Shown piece after piece: positions 20,031 through 27,816 of a stretch of 43,789 nucleotides of DNA. A program made the position numbers and the translations under genes. Below the pieces are notes generated by a model. It saw only the letters and a list, made by a program, of their open reading frames with translations. It ran no database searches and was not told the origin of the DNA. Source of the stretch: a virus (lineage: Duplodnaviria; Heunggongvirae; Uroviricota; Caudoviricetes); the IMG/VR virus record IMGVR_UViG_2623620497_000008, positions 1 through 43,789 of that record. One strand, given 5' to 3'. The stretch's first letter is position 1; every line of letters begins with the position of its first letter.

Positions 20031-20783
20031 TTATTTTCTAAACTCAGGGATCTGCACTTCTGGCCAGCAATCGCAGTTCGGCAGGCATCCGGCGTGTCCG
20101 GTCATGCCGTCAAGCGTTGGCGGGTTATCCCAGCGCACAAATTTATCTTTCATTCCTCGGTGCGATGGCCTGGTACCAGCCCCCTTGATGCGCCACCAGT
20201 ACCCCTCAGAGCCAACTGACAGCGCCCGAGCCTGAGTTAATGCGGTAGTTGCGCGGCCTATCTCAGTGCGGGCTATCATCCGCGCCCTGCTGGCCGCCAC
20301 GTCACCGGATTGCATGATCATCTCGTAAAGCTGATCTGGACGCTCACCATGGATGACAGCCTTTATCGCACGCTCCTGAATCTCCCTGACACGTCCGGCC
20401 GCCTCTAATGGCAAAGATTTCATATAGCGAATCTGCCGGTAAACGGTGTCTTGTGCCACCATGCCGACAGGAGTGTTACTAATCACGTCACGCAGACCAG
20501 CGGATATTTCTTCCGAAACAGAGCGCCACTGATTCCACTCTTCACGCTCCACCTGGGCAAACATCTTTCGACCGACCATTTCGGCCCAGTCGTCGATCAC
20601 CCCGGAGTAGTCAACAAGCGATTTAGCAATGCTCTCAGCGCTTGCCTGTGAACCATCGTAGGAACCCGTGACGATTTGATTTATCTGGTCGACTATCGCC
20701 AGTAGGCTTTTCTGATACTGGACCTCCGATCGGCGGCGGAGGGCTGGTTTCAGATTCAGTCTCCTGCCACTGTTTCGCCGCAT
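20031..20783 (-). CDS. head morphogenesis protein (Mu F / SPP1 gp7-like)
   Basis: C-terminal region resembles Mu F-family minor head proteins; start uncertain (GTG 20813, ATG 20798 or 20783). Confidence 0.6.
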   Translation of the reverse strand: MRRNSGRRLNLKPALRRRSEVQYQKSLLAIVDQINQIVTGSYDGSQASAESIAKSLVDYSGVIDDWAEMVGRKMFAQVEREEWNQWRSVSEEISAGLRDVISNTPVGMVAQDTVYRQIRYMKSLPLEAAGRVREIQERAIKAVIHGERPDQLYEMIMQSGDVAASRARMIARTEIGRATTALTQARALSVGSEGYWWRIKGAGTRPSHRGMKDKFVRWDNPPTLDGMTGHAGCLPNCDCWPEVQIPEFRK

Positions 20784-22086
20784 TCTGGATATCCTCATCG
20801 CTAATTGAAGCACCGATGCCGGTAACGTCAGACAGCTCGCGCAAATCAGTCAGAGCAGCAGCCGGCGACATGCCCAAATCACGCACCGCGGTTGCAAGAG
20901 CGGTAGTTGTGTTGGTTGCCACCGTGGAGCGATCGGTGTCGCTCATCTGCCACAGGGGGTTAAACTCAAAGGTGAAATCTTGCGGCAACGGCTCGCCAAA
21001 CTCTGAGCGATGCAGTACATCGAATAACAGGCGGATGTGAGGCCGTAAATCTCGCTCCTGAAGCGTTCCAACGTCGTCGTAGTAGTTCGCGAGGTCAGCG
21101 TCACCGGTTGAAAAACCCTTCGGTGACTGGCGGAACAGACGGACAAGAGGAATGCCAACAGCACCCGCGATATCCTCTTTAAACTCGCTAAGCAGGTCAG
21201 ACAGGCCCGCGAAAGAATAGGAATGTGTTTCAAATTCGTCCTCCGAATCAAACAGGGACATACCCTCGTTCGTCTGGTACTGGCGAACTAACTCCATTTG
21301 TTTAACCAGCGCTTCGAATGGTTTACCGCCCATGGCGATAATTTCACGCAGCTTTTTAATCTTTGCCGTTCGCAGATGTGCCTTGTAGGCAAGCTGGGCG
21401 GCGCCGACGCTGGTGCTATCGTAGGAAGTCAGGCGATCGAAGATGCGCTCGACAATGGACATGCCCCACTCGTTTTCGGTGATTTTCTGCTGGTAGGGCA
21501 GTTTCACACCATCCATGCGAATCAGTCGGCTGTGGTGAACGGTCCACGCAGGAAGCCCCTGCGCCGTCGTCACGATGTCATAGAATTCTGGCTTGCCGAG
21601 ATTGGGGCCAAGCGCCTTAATGCGCCTGGTGAGCTGTGGGTTAATCATCCAGCGGTCAAGTACAGCCAGACCTTTAAAGCTGCCCTTGCCAACCTTATCC
21701 AGCACCAGCGGCGTCAGCGGTGCCTGACCTTCAATCAGAATCAGCGCCACCGCCCCGCCATACAGCCGGGACCATTTCAGCGTCTCGTTGATGCAATCCC
21801 AAAGCTGAAGCTCATCGAACCGTGATTCCAGAATGCCACGACGTTTCGGGTCAATCTCACTGGTGATCCGCACGCCCTTTTTGGTCATATCGTCCGCTTT
21901 CGAATCGACTGCGGCACCAATAATCCAGGAGGAACGATAAGCCCACTCGATGAGCAGGCGGTTGCGGCTGGTATAGTTCGCCCTGTAGGTCGATGCGGCA
22001 TGCTGGTTAGGCTGCTGCATTCCGACACGGGCAACAAAGTTATCGTACGAATCCGCCGTGGCGACTCGTCCTGTTTTCTTCGCCAT
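20635..22086 (-). CDS. portal protein
   Basis: 483 aa; ATG with GGAG upstream; located between terminase and head morphogenesis genes. Confidence 0.75.
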   Translation of the reverse strand: MAKKTGRVATADSYDNFVARVGMQQPNQHAASTYRANYTSRNRLLIEWAYRSSWIIGAAVDSKADDMTKKGVRITSEIDPKRRGILESRFDELQLWDCINETLKWSRLYGGAVALILIEGQAPLTPLVLDKVGKGSFKGLAVLDRWMINPQLTRRIKALGPNLGKPEFYDIVTTAQGLPAWTVHHSRLIRMDGVKLPYQQKITENEWGMSIVERIFDRLTSYDSTSVGAAQLAYKAHLRTAKIKKLREIIAMGGKPFEALVKQMELVRQYQTNEGMSLFDSEDEFETHSYSFAGLSDLLSEFKEDIAGAVGIPLVRLFRQSPKGFSTGDADLANYYDDVGTLQERDLRPHIRLLFDVLHRSEFGEPLPQDFTFEFNPLWQMSDTDRSTVATNTTTALATAVRDLGMSPAAALTDLRELSDVTGIGASISDEDIQNAAKQWQETESETSPPPPIGGPVSEKPTGDSRPDKSNRHGFLRWFTGKR

Positions 22087-22308
22087 GGTGACTATTCTCC
22101 GGCTTTTTTGGTACTCGTGGCGGATAGGATAATTTGTTAAAAAATGACCCGATTTAACTTATGTTGTGCGGAAATTCAGTTCATGAAATGTCCGCCAAAG
22201 GCTTATTTATCTGGGTTAAGTGGCTAAAAGCGCGTGAATAAAACATGCATAAACAGGGTCGAAAAATGAATAGCGTGAATTTTGCGTGAAACGGTTATTT
22301 CCAGGTAT

Positions 22309-23709
22309 TTAGCTGTTTCCCAGCGCTTCCCAGATATCCATTGCCGTATCGGTTGGAGCAAACGCCATGATGAACGCGTCGGCCACGTTCGGCGATGGTA
22401 CGTCACGCTTGGCGAGGTCTTTCTTGCTTTCCACCATCACGCGACCGTTTTTGTCAAAATCACGGTGCGGGGTGGTAAGTTCCAGCTTGAGCTTTTCCAG
22501 CAGCGGACAAGATGAGTCGATGCTTATCAGCTCATCTACCGGGTACTGCTCGCCGTTCTTTACCGCGTTGAAGGTGTTACGGAAGCGATCCGCCACCAGC
22601 CACCAGGCTTGCGCTTTGAGGTTGGCGAAAAAATCCTTGTTCGGGATGCCAATATATTCGTAGTCCGGCTCATTCACACCAGCGCCAGCATTGAATCGCT
22701 GATAATTGATGCGGGATGCATTCATGTTTTCGCGCTTACGATCCTCATTAATTTCTGAGAATTTCGCGCCAGCAGATGCCCCAACGCCGATTGAGTCGTA
22801 GACAATATCAGCATCACGCTCCAGTGCCGCCTGATACGTACGCTGGCAGCTCTTCAGCAATTCGTCTTCTTTCGCCTTCCACTCATCCGCCCAATACACG
22901 ACGGAGCCGTGACGATAGACGTTAGCGCACTTATCGGCGCCGCTATCAGCAACGTCGAAGCCAATACGCTTGCGCCCGCTCGGCTCGAAATTAAGGACTT
23001 TATGGGCATCAACGGCCGCCTCAATCCATGACAGCTTGATAATGGCCGCATCATCATCCGACTCTGGCACGCCTTCGTAGACATGCTTAAACCCATCCGG
23101 ATCCCGGCGTTTAGCGGCGTCGATAACCTTCAGCATGGTGTCGGACAAAAAGGGGTTTTCATCGTAGTTGATTTTGCGTATCAGCGTATCTTCTGGCGGA
23201 TCGACCACAAAGTTACGCCACACGAAATCAGTCACCAGCCCGGGGTTAAAGATAAACCAGCACTCTGATCCCTCTTTACGGATGGTTGGCTCCAGTATCT
23301 TCCACTGGTATTCCGTCAGCGCGTGGGCCTCTTCAAGCCACAGAACGCTGATACCCTCCAGAGACTTAATCTCTTCAATGTTGCGCCAGAGCCCATAAAA
23401 GACGAATTCAGACCCGGTCACCCGGTTAATGATTTTGTTGTTCAGAATGCGGAAACGATGCCGCAGGCCAAAGCGGTCAATCTGAATTTTGAGCAGGGTA
23501 TATACCGACTCTTCAATTTTGTTCTGGATCTGACGTGCACAGCAAAAGCGCAGGCTGTATTTATTCGACAGAAATATGGCTATGCCAGCGGCATCCCACG
23601 ATTTTGACGATGACCGGCCACCATAAAGCACTTTGTTACGCGCCTGCGTCGTCCAGAAGCTACGCAGGACCGGATTCAGCGTCGGTTTGGATGTCAGAGT
23701 AGAAGTCAT
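22309..23709 (-). CDS. terminase large subunit
   Basis: ATPase-like N-terminal region (VLYGGRSSSKSWDAA) and nuclease-like C-terminus; track ORF begins at TTG 23817, ATG candidates at 23748/23736/23709. Confidence 0.8.
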   Translation of the reverse strand: MTSTLTSKPTLNPVLRSFWTTQARNKVLYGGRSSSKSWDAAGIAIFLSNKYSLRFCCARQIQNKIEESVYTLLKIQIDRFGLRHRFRILNNKIINRVTGSEFVFYGLWRNIEEIKSLEGISVLWLEEAHALTEYQWKILEPTIRKEGSECWFIFNPGLVTDFVWRNFVVDPPEDTLIRKINYDENPFLSDTMLKVIDAAKRRDPDGFKHVYEGVPESDDDAAIIKLSWIEAAVDAHKVLNFEPSGRKRIGFDVADSGADKCANVYRHGSVVYWADEWKAKEDELLKSCQRTYQAALERDADIVYDSIGVGASAGAKFSEINEDRKRENMNASRINYQRFNAGAGVNEPDYEYIGIPNKDFFANLKAQAWWLVADRFRNTFNAVKNGEQYPVDELISIDSSCPLLEKLKLELTTPHRDFDKNGRVMVESKKDLAKRDVPSPNVADAFIMAFAPTDTAMDIWEALGNS

Positions 23710-24436
23710 TGAGGTCACGCTCTCCGTTGCCATCATCAATACCTGCATCACGGCGAAGACGATCGGCCTCCAGCGACACCTTATCAGTAGCAGCCTTGCG
23801 ATAGTCTGTATCAGCAAATATTTTGCCTACCGTCGCAAGCGTGCCGACGATAGACTCAATACGAACGGTATTGCGCATCATCGCCTTCTCGGCGGCGCTG
23901 ATATTTTCCATCAACACCTTTCTTTCCTGGTCCCCTTCAGCATCATCCAGCTTGGTCAACCACCGGCCAATATTCTCTGCGGCGACAAGGTTGTTAGCCC
24001 GAAGGCGAAATAATTCGTCTTCGAGTGTCAACGCTTTCGCGTCTTCAATGACCTCATCTTTAAGCAGAAGACGCCGGGCGTAACCACCATGCTTTAACGC
24101 CTGCTGGTTGCCGGGTTGGAATGGGTTGGTCGGCGGATCGGTACGCACCCCGCGTATCGGTTTCGTATCTGGTGGAGGCTCGGCTTTTGGTTGCGTACTT
24201 TTTTGCGTGCGGCCAGCGCTGGCAGGCTTTTCGCTGGTACGCGCCTTACTCTTTTGCGTACCACTTTGCGTACCATTTTTGCGTACCTGCGTACCGCTAT
24301 TGCGTACCCAGTCAAATTTTTTAGCCCTCTTCCTGATAGCCCCTTCAGTAACGCCGTATTTATCGCCTATATCACGGAGACTAAGGACTCCGGCCCGGTA
24401 TGCCGATTCGATGGCCTCCCAGTCCGGTTTTGCCAT
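23660..24436 (-). CDS. terminase small subunit (N-terminal HTH, GTQ-repeat linker)
   Basis: HTH-like N-terminus; immediately upstream of and overlapping the large subunit gene. Confidence 0.6.
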   Translation of the reverse strand: MAKPDWEAIESAYRAGVLSLRDIGDKYGVTEGAIRKRAKKFDWVRNSGTQVRKNGTQSGTQKSKARTSEKPASAGRTQKSTQPKAEPPPDTKPIRGVRTDPPTNPFQPGNQQALKHGGYARRLLLKDEVIEDAKALTLEDELFRLRANNLVAAENIGRWLTKLDDAEGDQERKVLMENISAAEKAMMRNTVRIESIVGTLATVGKIFADTDYRKAATDKVSLEADRLRRDAGIDDGNGERDLNDFYSDIQTDAESGPA

Positions 24437-24494
24437 AATTTTGTCCTCGCCTTGACATTATCGAGCCACCTCTTGAAGTGACTCTGTAATGCCA

Positions 24495-24923
24495 TCAAGC
24501 TAAAACGCCGACCGTCTGTTTTTCTACTTTGTCTCTGGCCAGAGAAATGCAGAACCGCACAAACAGGGATGAAAGCGCATAACACACTGCGGTAAATACC
24601 CAGCCGCCGTAGGCAAGTAGAGCGATGGTCGCCATCATGCAGAACCAGCCCCACCATCGAGCAATGACGTTCTTACGCCGGACAATCTTCCTCAGCGACT
24701 CCAGCACAGACTGACGTGATTTCTCATCAGTTATATGCTCTGCACCATGTGCGAGAAATATTGTGATAATGCCAACCACCCCACCAAGAAATACCACCAC
24801 CCAAAACGCAGCAGCAGCCACGTTAAGGACGTTGCTTTGCCCTGTGACCGACCCAAAAGCCAGCGCCGCAAGCAACGCGTAATAGAGGCCCTTATCAATC
24901 ATGTCGATTAAAAACTTTTTCAT
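24495..24923 (-). CDS. integral membrane protein, about four predicted TM segments
   Basis: 142 aa; AAGGA SD 9 nt upstream of ATG. Confidence 0.5.
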   Translation of the reverse strand: MKKFLIDMIDKGLYYALLAALAFGSVTGQSNVLNVAAAAFWVVVFLGGVVGIITIFLAHGAEHITDEKSRQSVLESLRKIVRRKNVIARWWGWFCMMATIALLAYGGWVFTAVCYALSSLFVRFCISLARDKVEKQTVGVLA

Positions 24924-25035
24924 GCTGTTTTCCTTTTAGATGTGAGCCTGTCGCACGGCAGAGCCGCCGAAAGTTAACGGTTTGCCCAAGCTCACCGCTG
25001 AAATACTTTCTTTGATGTGCGCGAGCGATGCGCAT

Positions 25036-25059
25036 AAAAAAGCCCCGCGATTGCAGGGC
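25036..25059 (-). terminator. rho-independent terminator (GCCCUGC-AAUC-GCGGGGC + U6) after the AT-rich cassette
   Basis: Inverted repeat 25042-25059, A6 at 25036-25041 on plus strand. Confidence 0.5.
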
Positions 25060-25092
25060 TGTATCTCATAAACTGAAAGTAAATGGATGAAA

Positions 25093-25359
25093 CTATTTTT
25101 TTATGTTTTCGAAAGTGGCTTCTACCATTTTCTTTCCAAACTCACCCATATCTTTATACATAACCTTTAAAAAGTTAATTGTGTTTGACGCTGCACCTTC
25201 CAATTTCCATTTACATGCAATAAAATTACAATTAATTAAATTAAAAGGCTGCAATCCTTTATATACAATTTCGCAATTTTCAAAAACGCACTTTTCGAAA
25301 TGGTTGCCATCCAGTTCGACGACAGTATTATTAAAAGTGCTTGAAATAAATTTATTCAT
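25093..25359 (-). CDS. small Cys-containing protein (88 aa, four Cys), AT-rich cassette gene 2
   Basis: ATG overlaps the stop of gene 1 (ATGA); low GC. Confidence 0.55.
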   Translation of the reverse strand: MNKFISSTFNNTVVELDGNHFEKCVFENCEIVYKGLQPFNLINCNFIACKWKLEGAASNTINFLKVMYKDMGEFGKKMVEATFENIKK

Positions 25360-25664
25360 GTTAATTCAAAGCCTTGCGTTGCATCAGTATCCTTGACATC
25401 ATTACCGATCATTTTACCATTGGCCTGCATGAATCCTTTATCGTTGCTATAATCGCTTGGAGCATAAAGTGCAACATGATTAAAATTCAGCGTCAAAAAA
25501 AACACTATTACAAGCCCTGCCGGGAAAAACATTAAAAACCAAAGATATGTACTTTGTTGGGAATCATTAAGAAAAGGTAATACGAGGTTTGCAGAGACCT
25601 CTACTATCCCCGCAAAAATACCGATAATCGTTAACGGGTTTTTTATGTGGTTTATCGCGGACAA
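25356..25664 (-). CDS. small membrane protein (102 aa, two predicted TM), AT-rich cassette gene 1, TTG start
   Basis: TTG 25662-25664 preceded by AGGAGGG at 7-nt spacing. Confidence 0.55.
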   Translation of the reverse strand: MSAINHIKNPLTIIGIFAGIVEVSANLVLPFLNDSQQSTYLWFLMFFPAGLVIVFFLTLNFNHVALYAPSDYSNDKGFMQANGKMIGNDVKDTDATQGFELT

Positions 25665-25694
25665 CGCAGAACCCTCCTGAAATCATTTAGGGGG

Positions 25695-25703
25695 ATTATA
25701 TCA
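25695..25703 (-). promoter_or_regulatory. extended -10 promoter element TGaTATAAT driving the AT-rich cassette
   Basis: Minus-strand TGATATAAT about 30 nt upstream of the cassette start; no good -35. Confidence 0.35.
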
Positions 25704-25761
25704 GCAACTAAATCAAAGAGCATCATCATAGGCAATAATTGAATGCCAGTTGTCATGCTTA

Positions 25762-25995
25762 TCATTTTGGAATGGTGACGGCTGTTGGTTTCTGGCAGTT
25801 CGCCTGCCAAGCTTTGTTATGCGCCAGGATGTCGCGCTTGGTCTGCTTATCCAGCACGTCGATGTCGTGGTCGGTCAGGTAGATGATCCGCACCCAGCTG
25901 CAGGCCGTATCAACGACTACCGGGGCGGGTAAACTTTTCGCGCAGCTCCCGATCAACATCGTCATCAGGCATATGGCTAACGGTTTGCTGTACAT
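25762..25995 (-). CDS. o-spanin (Rz1-like outer-membrane lipoprotein), overlapping the i-spanin gene
   Basis: ATG 25993-25995 with GGAGG 8 nt upstream; lipobox-like LIGSC; out-of-frame overlap with i-spanin 3' end. Confidence 0.55.
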   Translation of the reverse strand: MYSKPLAICLMTMLIGSCAKSLPAPVVVDTACSWVRIIYLTDHDIDVLDKQTKRDILAHNKAWQANCQKPTAVTIPK

Positions 25996-26185
25996 CGCTT
26001 GCCTCCTTCGTGACTTCTGCCTTACGTTCTGCTGCGGCGACGGTGGCGGCGGCATTCTCTTCGGTACGCTGCTGATCGGCTTTGGCTTGCGCCTTACTGG
26101 TCCCGCGAGCATGACCAATGCCGAACGCGCCAGCTATAGCGCCCAGGATGACGACCACCAGACCAGAAATAATTTCGAAGCTCAC
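25910..26185 (-). CDS. i-spanin (Rz-like), GTG start
   Basis: N-terminal TM helix then charged helical periplasmic region; GTG overlaps upstream stop. Confidence 0.5.
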   Translation of the reverse strand: MSFEIISGLVVVILGAIAGAFGIGHARGTSKAQAKADQQRTEENAAATVAAAERKAEVTKEASDVQQTVSHMPDDDVDRELREKFTRPGSR

Positions 26186-26529
26186 TGCTGCGGCTCCTTC
26201 AGTTCTTCGGCCTTAGCTTTCAATGCTGGCTGGCGTACGTATTGCGAAAGCACCGCCAGCACCACCAGCGCAGGGCTAATCAACGCAACAATGTTTGGAG
26301 GCAGAATGTTTTTGATATCCGGCGGCAGCATCGCCCAGGCGTGCAGCGCAGCATCCGGGAACGACTGCGCCCACATGCCAACCAGCGCACCGATAGCCCC
26401 CAGCTTTACAGACCACGTTTTCAGCAGCAGGCTGGCATGGGCAACGAACTCCAGCCGGGTATATTTGCGCAGCAGTAACAGAACGAGCACAGCCACCACC
26501 ACGAGCAAAGCGAAGATGATCATCTTCAT
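26182..26529 (-). CDS. membrane protein in lysis cassette (about three TM); possible second holin/antiholin-like or lysis regulator
   Basis: ATG overlaps the endolysin stop (ATGA). Confidence 0.45.
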   Translation of the reverse strand: MKMIIFALLVVVAVLVLLLLRKYTRLEFVAHASLLLKTWSVKLGAIGALVGMWAQSFPDAALHAWAMLPPDIKNILPPNIVALISPALVVLAVLSQYVRQPALKAKAEELKEPQQ

Positions 26530-27065
26530 AGCACGCGCTCCTTAACCCAGCCGTAGAGGAACTCCTCGTTGGCTTCGCGGCCCTCCGCCAGTTCGAGGTA
26601 TCTGGCGCCCTGGCTGCAGTTCAGCGCACGTAACAGAACCTGTTCCCCCTCTTTCCCGCGGGCTGAAAGATATCCCTTAAGCGCAGTGATGGTTCGGGGG
26701 CCAATGGCGCCATCCGGGATCAGATCGGGATACAACTTCCCACGCATGTTAAGGGCAGTGAGCCAGCGCTGGAAAAACTTAATTGCAACCGATGGCCCCA
26801 TGTTCACGCCAGTGTCGCAAAGCTCATCTGCCAGTAACGTAGATAAACTTGCCACCTGATCGAATCGGGGGCCGGTCCAGTAATCGCTGAGCAGAATTTG
26901 CTTTGCTGTTTCCCTGGGCAGGTTTCTCATATCACCGGTGTAACCATGTGCTCGAGCTGTGGTCTGCGTGATGCCCCAGCGGGTCGGCCCGCCTTTATCC
27001 GACGGATGATCGACATAACCGCCCTCTTTGCCGAGGATCCCCTCGATAGTCTGGTCTGCTTTCAT
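26526..27065 (-). CDS. endolysin, GH108-type muramidase with C-terminal peptidoglycan-binding domain
   Basis: N-terminal EGGYVDHPSDKGGPTRWGIT motif characteristic of GH108 lysozymes; ATG overlaps the holin stop. Confidence 0.7.
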   Translation of the reverse strand: MKADQTIEGILGKEGGYVDHPSDKGGPTRWGITQTTARAHGYTGDMRNLPRETAKQILLSDYWTGPRFDQVASLSTLLADELCDTGVNMGPSVAIKFFQRWLTALNMRGKLYPDLIPDGAIGPRTITALKGYLSARGKEGEQVLLRALNCSQGARYLELAEGREANEEFLYGWVKERVL

Positions 27066-27373
27066 TGTGCTTTCACTCCGGTGATTCGTTCCCAGAAATA
27101 CGTGAGCGCTACGGAACCCATAGCACCACTGATACCGGCAGTGGCCAGTATCATGTAAATACTCAGGCCACCTTCAATGCTGATGAGCCCACCAATAACC
27201 CCGGTAAAAGCCGAAACCACAATCTGCGCAAAAGCATTTATCCAGCTCCATTTTGCTTTGCCCTGCTTTACGTCCATCAGGAATCGGACAAGGCCGCCCC
27301 AACCAGCAATGATCAGCAGAACCAGCCAGGACATCCCGGCAATGCTCTCTTTGTCTTGCATACGCTTAGCCAT
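27062..27373 (-). CDS. holin with dual-start motif (MAKRM)
   Basis: 103 aa, TM helices, GGAGG SD; first gene of the lysis cassette. Confidence 0.65.
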   Translation of the reverse strand: MAKRMQDKESIAGMSWLVLLIIAGWGGLVRFLMDVKQGKAKWSWINAFAQIVVSAFTGVIGGLISIEGGLSIYMILATAGISGAMGSVALTYFWERITGVKAQ

Positions 27374-27474
27374 AGTTACCGCCTCCGATGAAAGATCGGG
27401 AAGCTGTGTGTGAGAAGGTCAGGGCCGTCGGGCTGATTTACCAACAAAGCGTCGAGGGTGATTCCCGCGACCCT

Positions 27475-27504
27475 GAAAATAAAAAAGCCTGCGGTTAGGC
27501 AGGC
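27475..27504 (-). terminator. terminator-like hairpin (GCCUGC-CUAACC-GCAGGC + U6AUUUU) upstream of holin
   Basis: Inverted repeat 27487-27504 with A6 27481-27486 on plus strand. Confidence 0.4.
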
Positions 27505-27638
27505 AATAAGTATGAGGGTAATAGCAATGTCGGTGATGACCGAAAATACCCAGGCTTGGTCTGGCGGCCTGTGACGCTGTTGCAGCAGCGCCCCTGATGG
27601 ATTGGATTATGAGCCCGTCATCAGGTCAGGCCATTATT

Positions 27639-27713
27639 TGGCGGGACAGGAAGGATTCGAACCTTCTACCATTCGGTTAACAGCCGAACGCACAACCGCT
27701 GTGCTTCTGACCC
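27639..27713 (-). tRNA. tRNA-Asn (anticodon GUU), phage-encoded
   Basis: 75-nt cloverleaf read by eye: acceptor GGGUCAG/CUGUCCC (one U-U mismatch), D-stem GCAC/GUGC, anticodon stem UUCGG/CCGAA with loop CUGUUAA, T-arm GAAGG-UUCGAAU-CCUUC, discriminator G, encoded CCA. Confidence 0.7.
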
Positions 27714-27720
27714 TGAAATG

Positions 27721-27747
27721 AAAAAGCCCAAGGCGTTAACCTCGGGC
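27721..27747 (-). terminator. terminator-like hairpin (GCCCGAGG-UUAACG-CCUUGGGC + U5) immediately 5' of the tRNA; candidate tR'-like element
   Basis: Inverted repeat 27726-27747 with A5 27721-27725 on plus strand. Confidence 0.4.
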
Positions 27748-27816
27748 TTGAATTCTTTATGTGTCGACAATCGAAGCTATGGCGACGATATCAGATTTAC
27801 ATGAAATATATGCCTT

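Noticed and set aside
24191-24308. TGCGTACC repeat cluster as a CRISPR array
   Set aside because: Repeats are only 8 bp with 0-5 bp spacers and lie in-frame inside the small terminase gene; no CRISPR-like repeat/spacer structure or cas genes.
25883-26545. 220-aa plus-strand ORF across the spanin/membrane-protein genes
   Set aside because: Antisense to a translationally coupled lysis cassette; low-complexity translation; no ribosome-binding site.
27400-27475. Possible second tRNA between the tRNA-Asn and the holin
   Set aside because: Sequence begins like a tRNA acceptor stem (GGGUCGC) but lacks D-arm, anticodon arm and a T-loop (no GGTTCGAATCC-like motif); interpreted as a remnant.
27374-27816. 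Shiga-toxin or other toxin cargo between Q and the lysis genes
   Set aside because: The interval is only about 440 bp and contains just the tRNA and hairpins; no ORF of toxin size is present.
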